From NCBI GenBank assembly GCA_028023455.1, contig JAQFVV010000009.1, forward strand, positions 13,454,001-13,518,000: a DNA stretch of 64,000 nucleotides. Reading direction: 5' to 3'. Source of the stretch: Epiperipatus broadwayi. Taxonomy: Eukaryota > Animalia > Onychophora. The translations under genes were made by a program, and so were the position numbers. Positions 15,261 to 30,913 of the stretch are shown piece after piece (position 1 is the stretch's first letter; each line of letters starts with the position of its first letter). The notes under the pieces are model-generated. The model had not been told where the DNA came from. It saw only the letters and a list, made by a program, of their open reading frames with translations, and ran no database searches.

Positions 15261-18200
15261 CTCAAGGGAAATATTAGTATTTCTCTAAATACTGTTCAAA
15301 TGGTTACACAATTTCATTCTACATAGAATACAAGCAGATCTTAATACAAATAGTGGTCTGTATTATATTATTAAAGATTTATTAAACTCAGGTTTCATTG
15401 TTTTGTCATTTCAGTGGTGAAAAATGACCACAAGCCAATCTGATATATCTATGGCAAAAAATTTCAGAGGAATATGTAAAGTAGTCTCATTGCTACCTTC
15501 TAATATTTTTCATATTATATCTTTAAGCTATATAAATAAAATAAAAAAGATAGCAACGGCATTGTGATTAACTATGGAATTAGAACTTCTGCAAAATCAT
15601 TCTAAATAACTGCAAGTGATTGAAGTAGAAACTTATCTCACATATGCTTATTATTGCAGCAATTGTATAATTACCATAGCAACCAGCATTATTCTTTAAT
15701 AGGGAATTGCATGCAATTTTACTCTAACAAGTTATTTGAATAAAATTTGTATTTAAAATGCTATGATTTTAATAATTACAGTTCAGATTATTTTAATGAA
15801 ATCATATTTACTGTAAAGGTTTTTTTTATTGTTGTTATTCATTTATTTATCATGACATCCATGCTAAAAAAACCTTAATAGAGCATTGAAGCTAATACAT
15901 TAATTTAAAGTAAGAATAGTATATATATAAAAAAAACTATTGGACAGGCAATCACAGCAAAAGAAAAAGTTTAAAAATCAACAACATAAAATTAGAGAGT
16001 AACATATGTATAAATATAAATCATTAATTTTTGACTTCAAATGGCTCAAATAGATTTATAATCTATTATATACTTTCTGTTTTCAGAAAACTCTTGAGTT
16101 AATAGACTGAAGATCCTGGAAATCCCTAATTTGAAAGTTATGAAGAAGCACATCCATAAGCATGTGCAATAAGACTTTATCCAGATAGCATTGATTTGCT
16201 ATTAAAAAAAATAGGATGTTAATTGATTGCATTTTGAATATGTTTAACTATCTTATTTCTCTACACAATCAGCTTAATGTCTGCTAGGAGCAAAGTTGTC
16301 TACTTTTTTATGAGAACTGGAATTGTTTTTTGTTTTTGTCTCTTTAAAAAATAGTAATAATGATTTATATTTACTTTTTTATTATTGTGTTAATTATATA
16401 GTAATATGTAATTATTTTAGTAAGGTAATTATTATTATATATATATAAATGTTTGAGCAACTATTGCAACCAATGTTTCATGAGAGAATGATCTAATTAA
16501 TCAATACATTGATATAAAATGTAAAGAACTTATTAAAGTTTATGAATTATGAATGTAATGCACTACTTCTGACAAGCAAGTGTTACCACTTGGTTCACAA
16601 TACTCTGCCATTGGATAAAAAAAACTTAATATTCATGCATTTAATTGAATAAATTATAGAAAATTAAAAAAATAATAATATCAAGGATCACAAAATGTTT
16701 ATTTTGACACAAATATAAGTCAAAAGTATGTCAAATTTTAATTTCCTGTTTATAGCTAGAATAGTTTGATTTTTTTTTTTTTCCTAACAAGGCATTTTAG
16801 GATTTCGTACTGGTGTGAAAAACGTCTTATTAGAAACTTTTTTTTTCTTTCAGAATTTAAGATCGATATAAAAAGTAAAATAGTTTTAACTATCCAACTC
16901 CTTAGTACTCATTAGCCTTGCCAATGTGGAGGTGGTTAAACTGTTAAAAGCCTTAAAAGTTTTCTTATTTTATCTATTACTAATCCATTTGCCAACCAAT
17001 GAGATAATCAATTGGGTTGTTTATGATTCAGCTACCAAGACCTAAGCCTTTTTGAAAGAAGTGAGAATCTCATAAATATAACAACAGAAGAGTGAACTAA
17101 CGACTAGGCTCATTATATCATTGAAATATACCTCTTTATGAATAATATTTCTGCACTATAATTTTTCACTACATCATTCTCATGCAGGATAGGGAATAGT
17201 CATATGTTTATGAGTATACCCCTCCACAAGGTATTAAAAGCTAATAGAAACCAGTCCCTACTTTGCATGAGAAGAGTCTAGTGAAAAATTACACTACAGA
17301 AATATTATTTATCAAGGGTAATCTCTAATCTAATGAATGACTAATAAAAATTATTAATATCTCTTTATATCTATAATTCTGAAAAACCTTTTCCAATAAA
17401 TAAATAAAAACTTTATCATGATGAAAAATTATCTTTGTTCTCCATTTCCTCTCCCTCACCACCTATGATTTTTATTTGTAATGCTGTTAATCAAAGATGG
17501 GAAATGGTAATAAAATAATTGTTTAAAGAATAAAAAGATTACTTTAAAAAAAAACTTAGTGAAGCATATTAAATTTTTTTTTTATCCTTAGCTATTTTAA
17601 TCTTTATTCTTTACTAATAACCAGTTTATAATAATGGTTTACATGTCCTCATTCTAGCATAGCATTCATATTAAGTGATTCTTCTCACATCTGCTATTGT
17701 CAATATTTACACTCTAACAATTATACTTGACCTCAGTTTATCTTTTAGCAACTTTCAATACAGTTAAAACTTATAATTTCAGTTAAAATTATATTTTTTA
17801 CTTCAAAAAACTTTTGAATGCAAATTTGTAGCAATCTTACTAACTTTCAACAATTATCATAGCATTTTTTATAAATTTAACTGTATGTAGGATAAATCAG
17901 TAATACATATTGCATTTGCCTACATCAATCATAAAAAGCCTTTCTGGACAATAGTTAACAAATCTACTCACCCTAAATATCATCTGAGGTTTGAATCCAA
18001 GCCAGAGTAAAACTAGAAATTTTTTTGTTTCAAACAAACTTCAATTTTCTTTCAGATAGCCTGCTATAGCTAACCAAACTAATCATTTAATATTGGTCTG
18101 TAAATGAGTATTAACTATTGGAAGTTAAATAAGAATCAAATATATATATACTTCCATTCTCCCCAACCACATAATTATTCAAAACTTGTATTTTCTTCAC

Positions 18201-21200
18201 TATTCTATGAGAAAGGCTGAACTTTGTCCTACAGTAGGTTACTCAAAGGTTCAAGCATGAACACACACACACCCTTAAAGAGCTAGATACTGCTTAACCA
18301 ATTCACCTGGCCTGCACATTAAACTTTTCTTTAAAAAATTAGAAAGATTACTTTTATATCTATAATTTTAGATTCAAAATATAAATTCAAATTATTTTTA
18401 TTTATATATATATAATCAGACAGATATAAATGTTCATAAAAAAAAAAACTATACATATAAAGTTCAATTAAACATTATTTTGGAATATCTAGATGAAATG
18501 GATTGAAACACATTTTAATGCTATAGGCTTTTATTTTGAATTTCTGAAAGCTACTTAAAAAGTAAAAATCATTTAGTAATTGAAACAAACAAAATTCAAT
18601 ATTTTATTAGATCAACAGTACAGATTGCAGTTGTAGATGAAATTTTCAAATACAAGCACTCCGGATTATAATTTGCCAACTTTCAAACATTTACCCCAAT
18701 ATATATATATTCAAAACAATTCTATGTATGTACTAATGACCATATGTTCAATTGGGAAAATACAAAAATATTGGAAGGAGAAGATGCAAAGAAGAAAATT
18801 CAAGGAAGCTGCTCATATGTCAATGGCAAATAATCCTATAAGTCAACCCAGTGTGGCAATACATAATGTATGGAAGCTTCTAATTAATCTCATTCTTAGA
18901 AAAAAGTATTTTAAAAAATTTGAAGGACTCTGGAAGATTTGAACCAATCCTCATAAATAAGTATACAAAATTTCTACTGTGTTGCCTTTGACAGAATAGC
19001 TCAAATAGTTATAGCATTGCCTTAAAAATCAATATTCAAGAATCTAAAGGTGTACATTTGTCACTGGTCAGGCCAGCAACACCTGAAGAAAAGTGGAGAA
19101 TACTACTACTCGGTTATTGTTTAATTGCTGACATATATTGTTTATTTGGGTGTTATTCCTAACTAATTGTTTGTATTTGAAAGTTTAAATAAAGTTTAAA
19201 ATTTTCTACACATTCAACACTTAATGATAGATGGTGGAAATAATCCAACATATTATCACATCCAGTATACCATCATCACAAATCTTCAGGTAAATATTCA
19301 TTACAGTATAATGTTTTTAATAAAACATACTATATACTTATATATATAATTTTGTTTCAATAATAACCCTTCAACTAATATTTAATAACTTATACTGACT
19401 TATTACAGCATACAATGATTTCATTAATTCTTTCCCAACCTTGTACTATTTAGGGTGAAAGTATAGCAATTGGCTTAAAAGGTAGATTTCTGATCTATTC
19501 CTATCGGGAAAAGACACTTTAATCTATAAATAGCACTGTGCACTTAATTAGTCATATTACAAGCAAGTGACTATATGTTTATTTAATTCTTCCCCCTACA
19601 ATATTGAGTTTCCAGATTTCTTTCAAATGTGGAGGTTCCAGTAGAGTTTGACTTTATATATATATATATAGAAATGCAAGTTGTAAACAGCCATAACACT
19701 TCTAAAAAACCATTCATGCTATAGTTTTTATTTCCTTCCATTAGATATGATTTTTGCTCACAGAATGTAATAACTTGAACATCAATAAATCAGGGATATT
19801 ATTATATTAACTTTCTTTTACAAACTATTATTACAAGTACAAGACATAGAATTTGAAATTTTTTTATATGCCTTCCTCATAGAATTCCACTGCTTTTTAG
19901 TTAATTATTTAGTTATATAATCTTTTTCTTTTATGTCATTGGCAATAAACACTATTATTTAAATAAAACAATAATATACACTATATTTTAATGATTACTA
20001 TAATTATCTCCTTTTAATATTTTCAACTATAGAATAAACATTTTTGGGGGAAAAACGTTTGAAAGGAAACAATGTCATCTTCCAGCCAAAAATTTCTACT
20101 TGTCCTCTCACATTCACTACAACCAAGAATCAATATGAAACAACAGACTATTGAATATAATTTACATTTTGTCCAATGCATATCATATATGGTTGATGCA
20201 TCTTATAGTATGAAACCATCTCATGGCTATGACCTGTTTAAAAGTAATGAGAAATGAATTGGTTTTGAAACAAATGCTGAGCCATGAGAAGATAGAAAGA
20301 TGCACAGTCATACTTATGGGGTTATGGCTGAGGAAAGTGAAAAAAACAAGTCTGATTAACTGCATGGAAGTGTGATTCTTGAAGACCACAAACAACTGAT
20401 GATAGAACTGCAGAGTTCAAACTAGTCACAAACTATTATATCACAATATGTTATTTTCACATATCAAAATTTTATAAATTTCCTTTTATGTTTTAAAACT
20501 TTACAAATAAATATAATGACATTTGTTTTTTAGATGCTACTATTAATTATAATCAATTTTGTCAAAGTTGATTATGAAAATTGATTATAGCAAAAAATTA
20601 GCTGGCACTTAAATAAATATTAATACCACTGCTATAAAATAAATTAGTATAAAAAATTATAACATTATCTACAGTATCTATACATAAACAACAGCATTAT
20701 CAAAAATCCTTTTAACTAAATAGACTCAGGCAAAATTATTTATTTCCATCTTCTATACTCCACCTAATGGGTAATTTATATAAATGTAATAATAACTAGA
20801 GTAGATTTATTTTAACAAATATTAATTACTACCATATATTCCTTTTCAAATTTTGAAATGTTAGGTGTGGCAACCTAATATAGTAAGAAGTTAAAAAGAC
20901 AAGGGGGTATATTAAATTTAAAAAAAAAACAAATTTTACTTACTTTTTTTTTAAAATTACAAATCAAAAACTATCCAACCTATTATTAACTTTTCCTAAA
21001 TGAAATGCAATGATGGTAATCATTTTCAGTTAAATGCTGCTAAAAAAGAAACGATTTAAAATTATTATAATTAATAAATTGCAAAATTACTTTATCTGCT
21101 CCCTGAAGAATCAGAGAAACCACATGAATTTCAATGAATTCATTTTCTAAAAAATATATTTTTTTATACAAATAATTTTAATTTTTAATTACAAAACCCA

Positions 21201-21559
21201 ACTACAATTTAAAATATTACTAAATTATTTCAACAAATTTTTGAAGCAAGTTTCTCAACTCTGAAGATTCTTCAAATTAACTGATAATAAATCTTAATCA
21301 TCATCATTAAATGTTTGCCACTAACTTTCCACTTAAATTTTAAATTTAAAATAAATCATAAAGCAACTAGTCTATATATAACATTCAAAATAGGCAAAAA
21401 AAAAAAGAGGGGGGGGGGATATTTAGTAAAAATAAAAAAAATAATAATAATTGTTAAGATATAATACAACATAATCAAAAAGTCTAAATAAATTTATAAT
21501 TATTCAAATAATTTTTTCATTTGTTCTTCAAATCTAAAAATAAACCCTTTTGCTTCATC

Positions 21560-24200
21560 ACCATTTTCAACCATCAGTGATCCACTACAGTGTTAAAGTC
21601 TTTCCAAATTTAATTCAGTTATTCAATCCCTAGCCCCTTTTCAAATCTCCTTATTTCATCCATCCATCTCACATGTGGTCTCTTTCTAGGTCTTTTAAAA
21701 ACCCTTAAGATCCTATTAAAAACACCAGTCAAATTTCATTACAATCTCTTAATTCTTTTATTAATGTCAATAATACGTGTTTGTTCTCTCACCCATATAT
21801 CTCATTTTCAATCTTTCCTTGTTATTCTAATACCTATCTCTCCATACTTTGTTAAGTGGTCGGGAGTCTCTACATTACTCTTTGGTTAGGTATCAAAATC
21901 ACATATCCATAAATAAAAATTGGTAAAAAAAAATAGCTCCTAGAAATCTTCGTTTTCAAACACATAGGTATATTTCCTTTTGATATTAAATTATTTTTAC
22001 CAAAAATATTCCATCCAAGTTTAATTCATTGACTAACTTTATCTGTCATGATTCCATCTGTGTTAGTAATCTGACCAAGGTATTTGTAATTGTTAACTTC
22101 ATCTAATTCATGATTATCAATATTTTCTTATTTATTTTTAGTCCTAGTTATAACTACTGCAACATTTCTTAAAGCTCTGAAGCATTATTTTCATAAACAA
22201 CCACAATATCTGCAAAATCTAGATGACTTAAATAATCTCCATTTAGTTTTACTCCCATAGCTTCCCAATTTAATCCACCAAATAGTTCTTGTAAAATTGC
22301 AGTAAAAAGTTTTGAAGATAGAGAATCAATCTGACATACATCTTTCTGAATGTTAATTTTCTTAGTGACACCATTTTAATCTAATCATTGTTGCTGCATT
22401 TTTGATAAATATTCTTCAGAATATGATAATATTCTGGGTCTATATTTTGATGATTCAATGTTGTGACCACCATAGAAATGTATATAGAATCAAATGACTT
22501 TTCATAATCTACAAATCCAAAGTATAACAACTCATGTTCATGGGACTCTTTCTATAACTTTTCACAATACTTAGATATGATCCACTATGTTAAAACTATT
22601 TTTAAATCTAGTTTGTTGCTTTGGTTGTTTAGAATTCAATGATCACTGTAGACAAATTATTACATATACAACTGATAGGTCTATAATTTCTAATATCACC
22701 TTCAATATTACTACTGCATTCTTTTAATCATCTAGTATATTTTTATCAATTAGACATTTGATATATAACTTTGCCAACAATTTTTCTATTTCTTCACCTG
22801 CTTCATTTAAGATATCAATAATAATTCCATCATTTCCTGGAGCTTTTACCAATCTCTATAGATTTAAATACATGTTTTAACTTAAAATGCTGGACAATTT
22901 AGCAAATGTAATAACCATAGGAGATTGTTTTCTCGTTTATTCACTATATACTTCTTTGTAGAACTTTCCGACATATTTTATGTCATTCTTTTTTAGTAAT
23001 AATTCCATCTTTTCTTCTTATTGCAGAAATAACTTTCCAATACCAAGATGTTTTTTAATACTTTTGAAATGTATTTAATTTTATAACTTTTCTTACCAAT
23101 TAATTATATTTTCTTATGATAAGTATTAACTCTTTTCATATCATTTTGCAAAACTAAGAAATTTAAAAATTCATATTCCTTTTTTTCTTCATATAGTTCC
23201 TATCCCAATAGAAAATTTACTTATAAATTGCTACTTTTTTTGTACCAATTAACTTTCTTGTAGTATTTAATAGAATGTCAGTTATCTTCTTATTGATTTC
23301 AATCAAGTTTGAACTATCTTTCAATATCTCTTAATATTTTAAAATGATTTGTAAGTTTTAATTCAAATGTATTTGAGTGATTCTGAAGATTAAAAATATC
23401 AGTTGCTAATAATTTTTTTTAATAATTATCATCTCTCTAATTTTGCATTAACATGTATCTTAAATCTCATTAATTGATGATCACTTCTTGTGTTTAATTT
23501 ATTAAGAACAACATATTTTCTGTTAATCAAAATATCCAATTCTGCTATATTTTCATTTGAATGCTTTCATGTCCATTTCTGTTTAGCAGCATTTTCCTCA
23601 AAAAAGGAAGTCATAATATAACTTTTCTTTTTATGTTAACTCCACAAGTCAGTGTCCTATCTCATTTCTATCATCATAACCAAATTTATTCATAACACTT
23701 TCATTTTTCAATCATTTACCAATTCTAACATTAAAGTCTTCTATGACAATTTTAAAATATTTAATCTGGACAAAAGCATTTTATTACGTCCATGTAAAAA
23801 TTCTCTAACTTCTACATTACTATGAGAACTTTTTGAAGCATAAATCTGAAGTATCTGCATTTGGTTTCTTCCATTAAGTTGAATAACTAATCTTACCACT
23901 CTGTTTGATAAAGAAGCAATCTTCACAATGTTGTTCATCCAATTTTTTATTTATAATGAATCCTAGTCCACTTGTGCTCCCAATGTTTGTGCCTTTGTAG
24001 TAAAATACATGCCCACTTTTTAAATCAATTGTTTCATTACATTTCTTCTAACTTCACAAAGCCAATAATTTCTCATTTAATATTAGACAGTTCTTGTTCC
24101 AATTTATGCAATCTTCCTTCACTTGAAATTGATCAGCAATTGTTTAGAATTACATTAATGCAAGCTATTATTCCCATGTATTATTTTTTTACTGTTTCTA
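21560..24200 (-). mobile_element. Decayed RTE-clade LINE (endonuclease through RT to 3' end)
   Basis: Minus-strand fragments in correct order: GLGFIINKK / NNIVKIASLSNRVVRL / QIYASKSSHSNVEV (EN, ~23750-23990); SDH (~23480); LLYFGFVDYEKSFDSI (~22485-22530); GVKLNGDYLSHLDFADIV (22202-22258); RPRKRPHVRWMDEI (~21650-21700). Many stops and frameshifts. Confidence 0.85.
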
Positions 24201-27200
24201 TGTGAACCTTCAGATATAATTTATTAGCATATAAATTAAAATGAATTTTTATCATATTTATATTATATACCACCTAAAATAAAAAAATTTGCTTTAAGTA
24301 CACAAAAAACTATATATTTTTCATCTCAAATTACAACTTTTCAAAAATTAAAGAAGAAAAATGTAAAATATAATTTAAAATATTATTTAATTAAAAATAA
24401 TGATTAATATGTTAAGTACTATTTCAATTTTTTTTTTCTAATATACTTAGTTATAAAGAGAAAAATGCATAATACTAGCTGAATGAGCTGCAAAATTCAA
24501 GCTTTTCTCTATTTAAAGGGGAAGTGTGCCTGAATGGGGTATTTAAAATATTTTACTTAGTTATATATCAAATTTTATTCAAAAAATAGCAAGGCTCACT
24601 TGAAAAATGCTAAGCTGTATCTTTTACCAACCAAACATGTCAATTTTTGGAAATTCCAACTACTAACTAAAACTATAATTATATCTGTGAGTAGTAATCT
24701 TGAAAATAATATTAAACATATGTAAAATATAAACCAAGAAAGTATTCCAAAGGCCATATAGCACAGAGATTATCAAAAAAGGTAAAGAACACTATCTTAA
24801 CAGAGTGCAAAGTGAAAGAATTAATTATTGAAACATTCTTAATGAAATAATGAATAAAAATAGCAGAGTATGACTTTCTAAATTAATAAATTATTACATT
24901 TTTAAATCTCTATATGTTTTTTTTTGGCCATCCTATACATATAACATCCACATTCATCTTTATCTTTCATTATTAGTGATTGATTCTTAGAAGTCAAATC
25001 ACTTTATAATTCTTGTTTAAAAAAACCATGTCTACAGCATTCAATTTATTTTTATTTTTTAAAAAAAAATCTAATTGAATGGAGCTGTTCATTCTATCTG
25101 CCATTTTGATACTTAAATATCACAAGGCTTTTTGAATAAGTATTAATACTATACTATTCTCACATAAAAAAAAGAAAGCACTTTTTATATTGAAAACTAT
25201 TTATTATATTTCTACGTCATTACAATTTCAACGACAAAAAAAAAAACACACACACTTTAAAATAGATGTAACTCAAGACAATCAATTTGAAATGAGTTGA
25301 GAAAAAAAAAATCCAAAAACTGCTGAAGGTTCTGAATCTTATGGTCGGAAGTACACCATCACACTAGTACTCATATACAATATTCAAAATTTAAATAATA
25401 TTTTCGTTAAACTACTGCTGGATTAATTACATCCTCAATGATGTGCCCTCTGGTGAAATAAATATTTGACAAGACAAAGGCTGTTATTGCTTGCTAAATA
25501 AAATGGATGATAACAAAACTTTTCAAGTTTATATTTTTAAGTTAATAAAATACAATAAATATTTTACTGTCAAAATTACTTTTCTTCTTATAAGAAAAGG
25601 CAACATGCTGAAAAATAACATTGGTGATTTGTATAACTTAAGAGATATGTTTTACAATTTAGAAATAATATAAATGCAAAAATAAACAAAGGTGTTAAAT
25701 ATAAAGGAATATTGAAATTTTCTCAACAAATTTGGTGTCACAAGCACAGTTAAAATAGGACATCATGACTTCCTTAGAAGATTAAATCATGAAAGATTTA
25801 CCATATATGGACTTTTTCACAACATTTGCATTATAAAATATATCTATTCATATCTAGCATTTTTATATGAATAAAGTAGGATTTTTTTTAAATAATTAAG
25901 ATTTCCAGAGCAAGCCTAAACTTTTTCAGATAACCAGCCTACAGCCAACTTAAATAGCTACCTGCCCATTCAGAATCTGAGTATACTATTATTCTTATAC
26001 AGAAAGTAAAGATAGTATCATTAAGCTTTTACTAATGAGAAGAGAAGTATCCTATAACTCGAAATCTGGAACTGGTGATTTCCCTTTACCAACTTTGTTC
26101 ATTCACACACTATTATGGAATTGCAGATTAGAACAATAAGACATTGATCAACAACAATTTCTTAATAATTTTGACTTATTTATTACATAATGATATGCTA
26201 TTTGGAGAAAGGAAGTTGCTTAAGTTATTTTATGATTAATGCCTGACAAAAATTTAAATTTCTAATATTTATTTATTAACTGAATTGATCAGATAAACTG
26301 TCACTGGAGTATCAAAGTTGCAGGTTAAATAGAATAATTCCACTCAACTTATCAAACTAAAATTCCATTTCTTGATTTAACTCAGACACTTCCAGCATAT
26401 CATTATCATAACTAGATTATATTTCTCAATGCAAATATATTTCAGCATGATTAAGATAGAATAAAAAACAATACTGTAGTCTTGTTTAGACTGCTTGAAA
26501 TAGCACCAACAACAACAAAAAAAAAACAGCTTTCTATTTTAGAAAGATAATTGCTAATTAATGTTACTGATTTTTTTAAATTAATTTTTTTTTATCACTC
26601 TAGAATTAAAAACATTATTTCAGAAATTACAAGTATTAATTGTATAAGTGTACAGATTTAGAAAACTGTATTTATAAGTAATATCATTGTTTAATAATTA
26701 TCTTAGTTCTTCAATTAGTATTTTAACAACCTGATTACATTTATTCATATCCATTAAATCTTATAATATTAAAGCATTTAATGTTTCATACGTGTGTGCA
26801 TTATATATATTCCTGCCAATATTTCATATGGTAGTCATTATCTTTAATTATATGTAAGTCAGTTGACTTTTAAACCTATTTGTTGGTGCAGACATTACTT
26901 ATTATTTATTGAGGTTAAAATTATAGTAATAACTTTAGTCCATTATTGTGAAGTTTTTATCTTGGTATTGTTAGTTGTAGAATAGCCTTAGTATATCAGG
27001 CCTCATTTATTACAGTTAGTATTGTTACTGGATAGAGTGGATAAGATCCTCATTCCTATTAGTTATACATGAGTGATAGTGATTATATTTCCAGTGATGG
27101 TAATCACATATTTCTAAATACCTAGTGTATTGTTTTTGGTAAGCCTCTCCATATATATATATATTCCTAGTGCACTGAGACATAAAGGTCCAGGTATCTT

Positions 27201-27412
27201 CTTTTGCCTCAAATGTAGGTGTTATTTTGGAAGCCACCATGCTTTTGATATATTTATGCTAGTTGCATTATAGAGTCCTCTTTTGATCTATTACTCATGA
27301 GATTTAATTTAAATTTTCCACCACAGTAGGTGAAGATGCTTGTATTTTAGTATGCAATGTCAAAATAAGTTTGTTTGAAGGATGTGATTCCTTTAGGATG
27401 TAGTCAATTATG

Positions 27413-27497
27413 TTATTCTATCTTAGAATAACATTCTATTATTCTATCTTAGAATAATATTATTCTTAGAATAATATTCTATTATTCTATCTTAGAA
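27413..27497. repeat. Short minisatellite of TTATTCTATCTTAGAATAA-type units
   Basis: About 4 imperfect copies. Confidence 0.85.
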
Positions 27498-28518
27498 GCA
27501 AATTTATAAGAATTTATAAATAAATGAAAAATTGTTTTAAAAGATAAGAGTAAAAATATAGTCCAATGATAAATTTCTCACAGATCCAAAATAAGATTAA
27601 AAATTTTAATCTCAACTAATGCAAACTCATCTATCTAAAAAAAAAAGGTGGATTGATATATGAAAAATAAGTAATGATTTTTATTCAATGAGTTTATAAA
27701 CACCTAAAATATAGTTCTTAAAATTGCAAATTAATGTAGTTAAATTACAGGAAGATTTCAAATAAGTTTAGTTCTACTAATAAAGTAAATATATAAAATA
27801 AATAAAACTTTATGATAAAATAAAGCAAATTAAAAATAAAAACATACAAAAGAACAATGTAGTTTTAAGAACAGGAGAGTCTACATATATGTTCTTTGAG
27901 TTTCTAAGAATAAATCAAAGCAATATAAATAATTAACAAATTAGTATAACAATAATAATAGCCAAAACATTATTGAATAGCTTTCTATAGACAAAAACCT
28001 CTCCAACTTCCCTTCCACACACACACATGCACACGCGCGAGTGAAGAAAACAATAATTAGGCTATTCAATGAGAGGTTAACCATTTGTCAACAATTAATA
28101 ACCAATAATTAGATAATGACTATAAGCTAACTTCCAACTTTAATCCAATTCAAACTCAAAATCCTGAAGATGGCAGATTAATATACTAACCATTACACTA
28201 TGATGTCCAAATATAGGATTTGAAAACAAATAGGTTTTAAATGAAATTTATCCTGTGTTTAAAGGAAAGTGTGAAAGAATAATTAAATGATGTGGTGGTT
28301 CATAGGAAATGATATGTGTTTTTGTTACTGTAACGGTTTTTTAATTCAAGAATATTATTATATTTTTCATTATAAAGAGTTTTTTTAATGCTATCATCAC
28401 ATTATATTTTACTTCTTTTTTTCTTTGCTATTAACAGAATTGAGGGATTGTTTATAACTATTTCTTGATTATTTAGATTAAAACAAAATTGTTGATTTAA
28501 AAAAAAAATTACAGCAAT

Positions 28519-28594
28519 CCTGCAGCAATATTTTTTGTTGTTATTGTTGTTTTGTTCCTGCAGCAATATTTTTTGTTGTTATTGTTGTTTTGTT
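28519..28594. repeat. Perfect 2 x 38-bp tandem repeat
   Basis: CCTGCAGCAATATTTTTTGTTGTTATTGTTGTTTTGTT at 28519 and 28557. Confidence 0.95.
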
Positions 28595-30024
28595 TATAAG
28601 TCATATTTGACTTCAGTTTGAATTTGTTTGTGCTTCAATACAAATCCATTTGGAAAACCATATGCTTCATTGCATAAATATTAAGGTAAAAAACATAAGT
28701 GCAAAATATATATATAGATTTCTTGTACTATACATGAATATAATTAATACCTAGCTGTAAAAATATTAACCAAAAAATAATGTAAAAAAATAAGAATTAA
28801 AAAACAATTATTAAAAATGTTAATTTCAGTTTAAAATGAGTAAATCAATTCCCTATCTAAGAATATAAAAAAATCTTGATGTGGCCATTGAAATAGAAGA
28901 ATTGGCTTTCAACATACTAATAATCACATATAACTAATTAAATTAATAATAAAAAAGTATTATGTTAATTCTTGGATAATATCCATTCTTTGACAGCAGA
29001 ATTTAGTAAATTAGATTATTGGATAGCCCACTGATGAAACAATTAACCAAATTTCTCTATTAATTTTTATCATTTACATTCTGTAAAACATTCTTTATTT
29101 TCAGTTTTTTCCTATTATATTACAAAAGAAGATTGATATATGTTGCTTATTAACTCCATAAGAGGACAAACTATGGTACAGAGGTAAAATATGTTTTGTG
29201 ATCAAGCCTTGAGAGCACCCTCATTAATCTATTTAATGAATTGATATCTAAACAAGCCATATTTTTATCCCACATATTCTCAATGTAAATCTCTTAATAG
29301 TTCTCAAAGTTCAAACTCAACTTACTTTGACTCTTAATAAGTCATCACAACTTAGTATCTGCATGTATATTTTAATCATATATATAGTATACATACAAAC
29401 AGAATACCATGATGAATAAAAAAATTGAAGTTGAGTCTCAGATAGTAAAGAAATAATATAAATACAAATACATAATTCAAGGTATTATATATTACTTAAT
29501 TAGTATATATATATCAATAATAAATACTAAAGAATACCACACTATTATTAAAAATATTTAATCTTATAATTAACCAACAATATTATTTGATATATATATA
29601 TATTGATAATAAAATTTAAAAATCATAATGGAATGATCTGTTCCCATCTAACAATATATATATATTAATCCAAAATCCAAAATATAAGTAAATAAATCAT
29701 TGCATTCTGGGAAAAACTATTATAAAATGGTAAATCTAAATGAAAGTTAGAGGAGAGCAAAAGTAAGAAATTAAAAAATAATAGAACAAAAAAAAATTTT
29801 TTTAAAAATGCAAAAAAAAATATTTTTTTTTTTCTTGGACCATAATTTTGGTTATTTAATTTACTTTAAATTAATTAATTAATGCCCCCCACACACACAC
29901 TTTTATTTAAAGTTGTATAAAACAATCAAAATTGTGATCAAAAAAAAAAAATTAAATTCTACTTTTTAGTGCATTAGTTCTTAAATTAAATAAAAACACC
30001 TTTTAAAAAAATATTTTTTATATA

Positions 30025-30913
30025 CACCTGGCTCTCATTTTATGCGGTAGATAAGTTCCTCAGAAAATGCACACAAAAATAGACGTAACTTACCTTGAAA
30101 AATGGGGATAGGGGTTGTAATTTTCAGAAATTGCATAAACGCAAAGCAAGAAGGAAAAAATTACTTTAAAATTTGCATTAAAAAAATAAAGGAATAAAGT
30201 ATGATTAATAAAAAATTTCAAATATTTGAAAAAAATTAATACAAAACTTTTTTTATTAACTACAGTATTTAATTTTACATTTTTTCATACATAATTTAAT
30301 CATTAGCAGTTAATTGGCTATCTGACAATATGCGTTCATTTGTGAAATGTTAAGAAATCAGATTTGTCATGTGACATACAACTAGCGCCACTTTCAGTCT
30401 TGAGCTATGTTGATGGTTTTTTTGTTTCCATATTAAAAAAAATGAGATCGTAATCAAAACAAAAAGATTATAGATTATCATTAGAAAGATTATTTTCAGT
30501 TTATAAAATCAATAAAATCTTCGTTATTATTTATTTTAAAAATCTAAAAAATTATTTATTTCTGTTATAATTAACAAAATACGTTTTAAAAGTTTAAAAT
30601 TTTTGAATATTTATTGCAATATTTTTATATGTAAATATAAATCTATTATTATTATTTACTCATTAGTATAAGTAGATTATATACAAAGAAGCTAATATTT
30701 TAAATACAGCTTCAGGCCATATTCACGTTAGCTGCTAATATAATATTATATTTTTGAAAAAAAAAAAAGTATTTCAAGTCAAAATAAGTTATTAATTATT
30801 TAAATTTCTTGATATCTAATAAATATAGTGAAATATGAAAGGTATTAAGAAGAAACATGAATCACATAACTTCAAAATCGCATTAAAAATCTGCATAAAA
30901 CGAGACCCAGGTG
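30025..30913. mobile_element. 889-bp non-autonomous Tc1/mariner-superfamily (pogo/Tigger-like) MITE
   Basis: 23-bp TIRs CACCTGGCTCTCATTTTATGCGG versus CACCTGGGTCTCGTTTTATGCAG (reverse complement of the right end), 3 mismatches. TA on both sides (30023-24, 30914-15). No transposase ORF. Confidence 0.85.

Noticed and set aside
15417-15475. Acceptor followed by ATG (MTTSQSDISMAKNFRGI) and a donor-like site
   Set aside because: Short, no recognisable homology; such sites are expected by chance in AT-rich DNA.
16900-20400. Possible long decayed LINE or LTR remnant (for example CGLQESHF near 20380 on the minus strand)
   Set aside because: Fragments were inconsistent in strand and order; not callable without a profile search.
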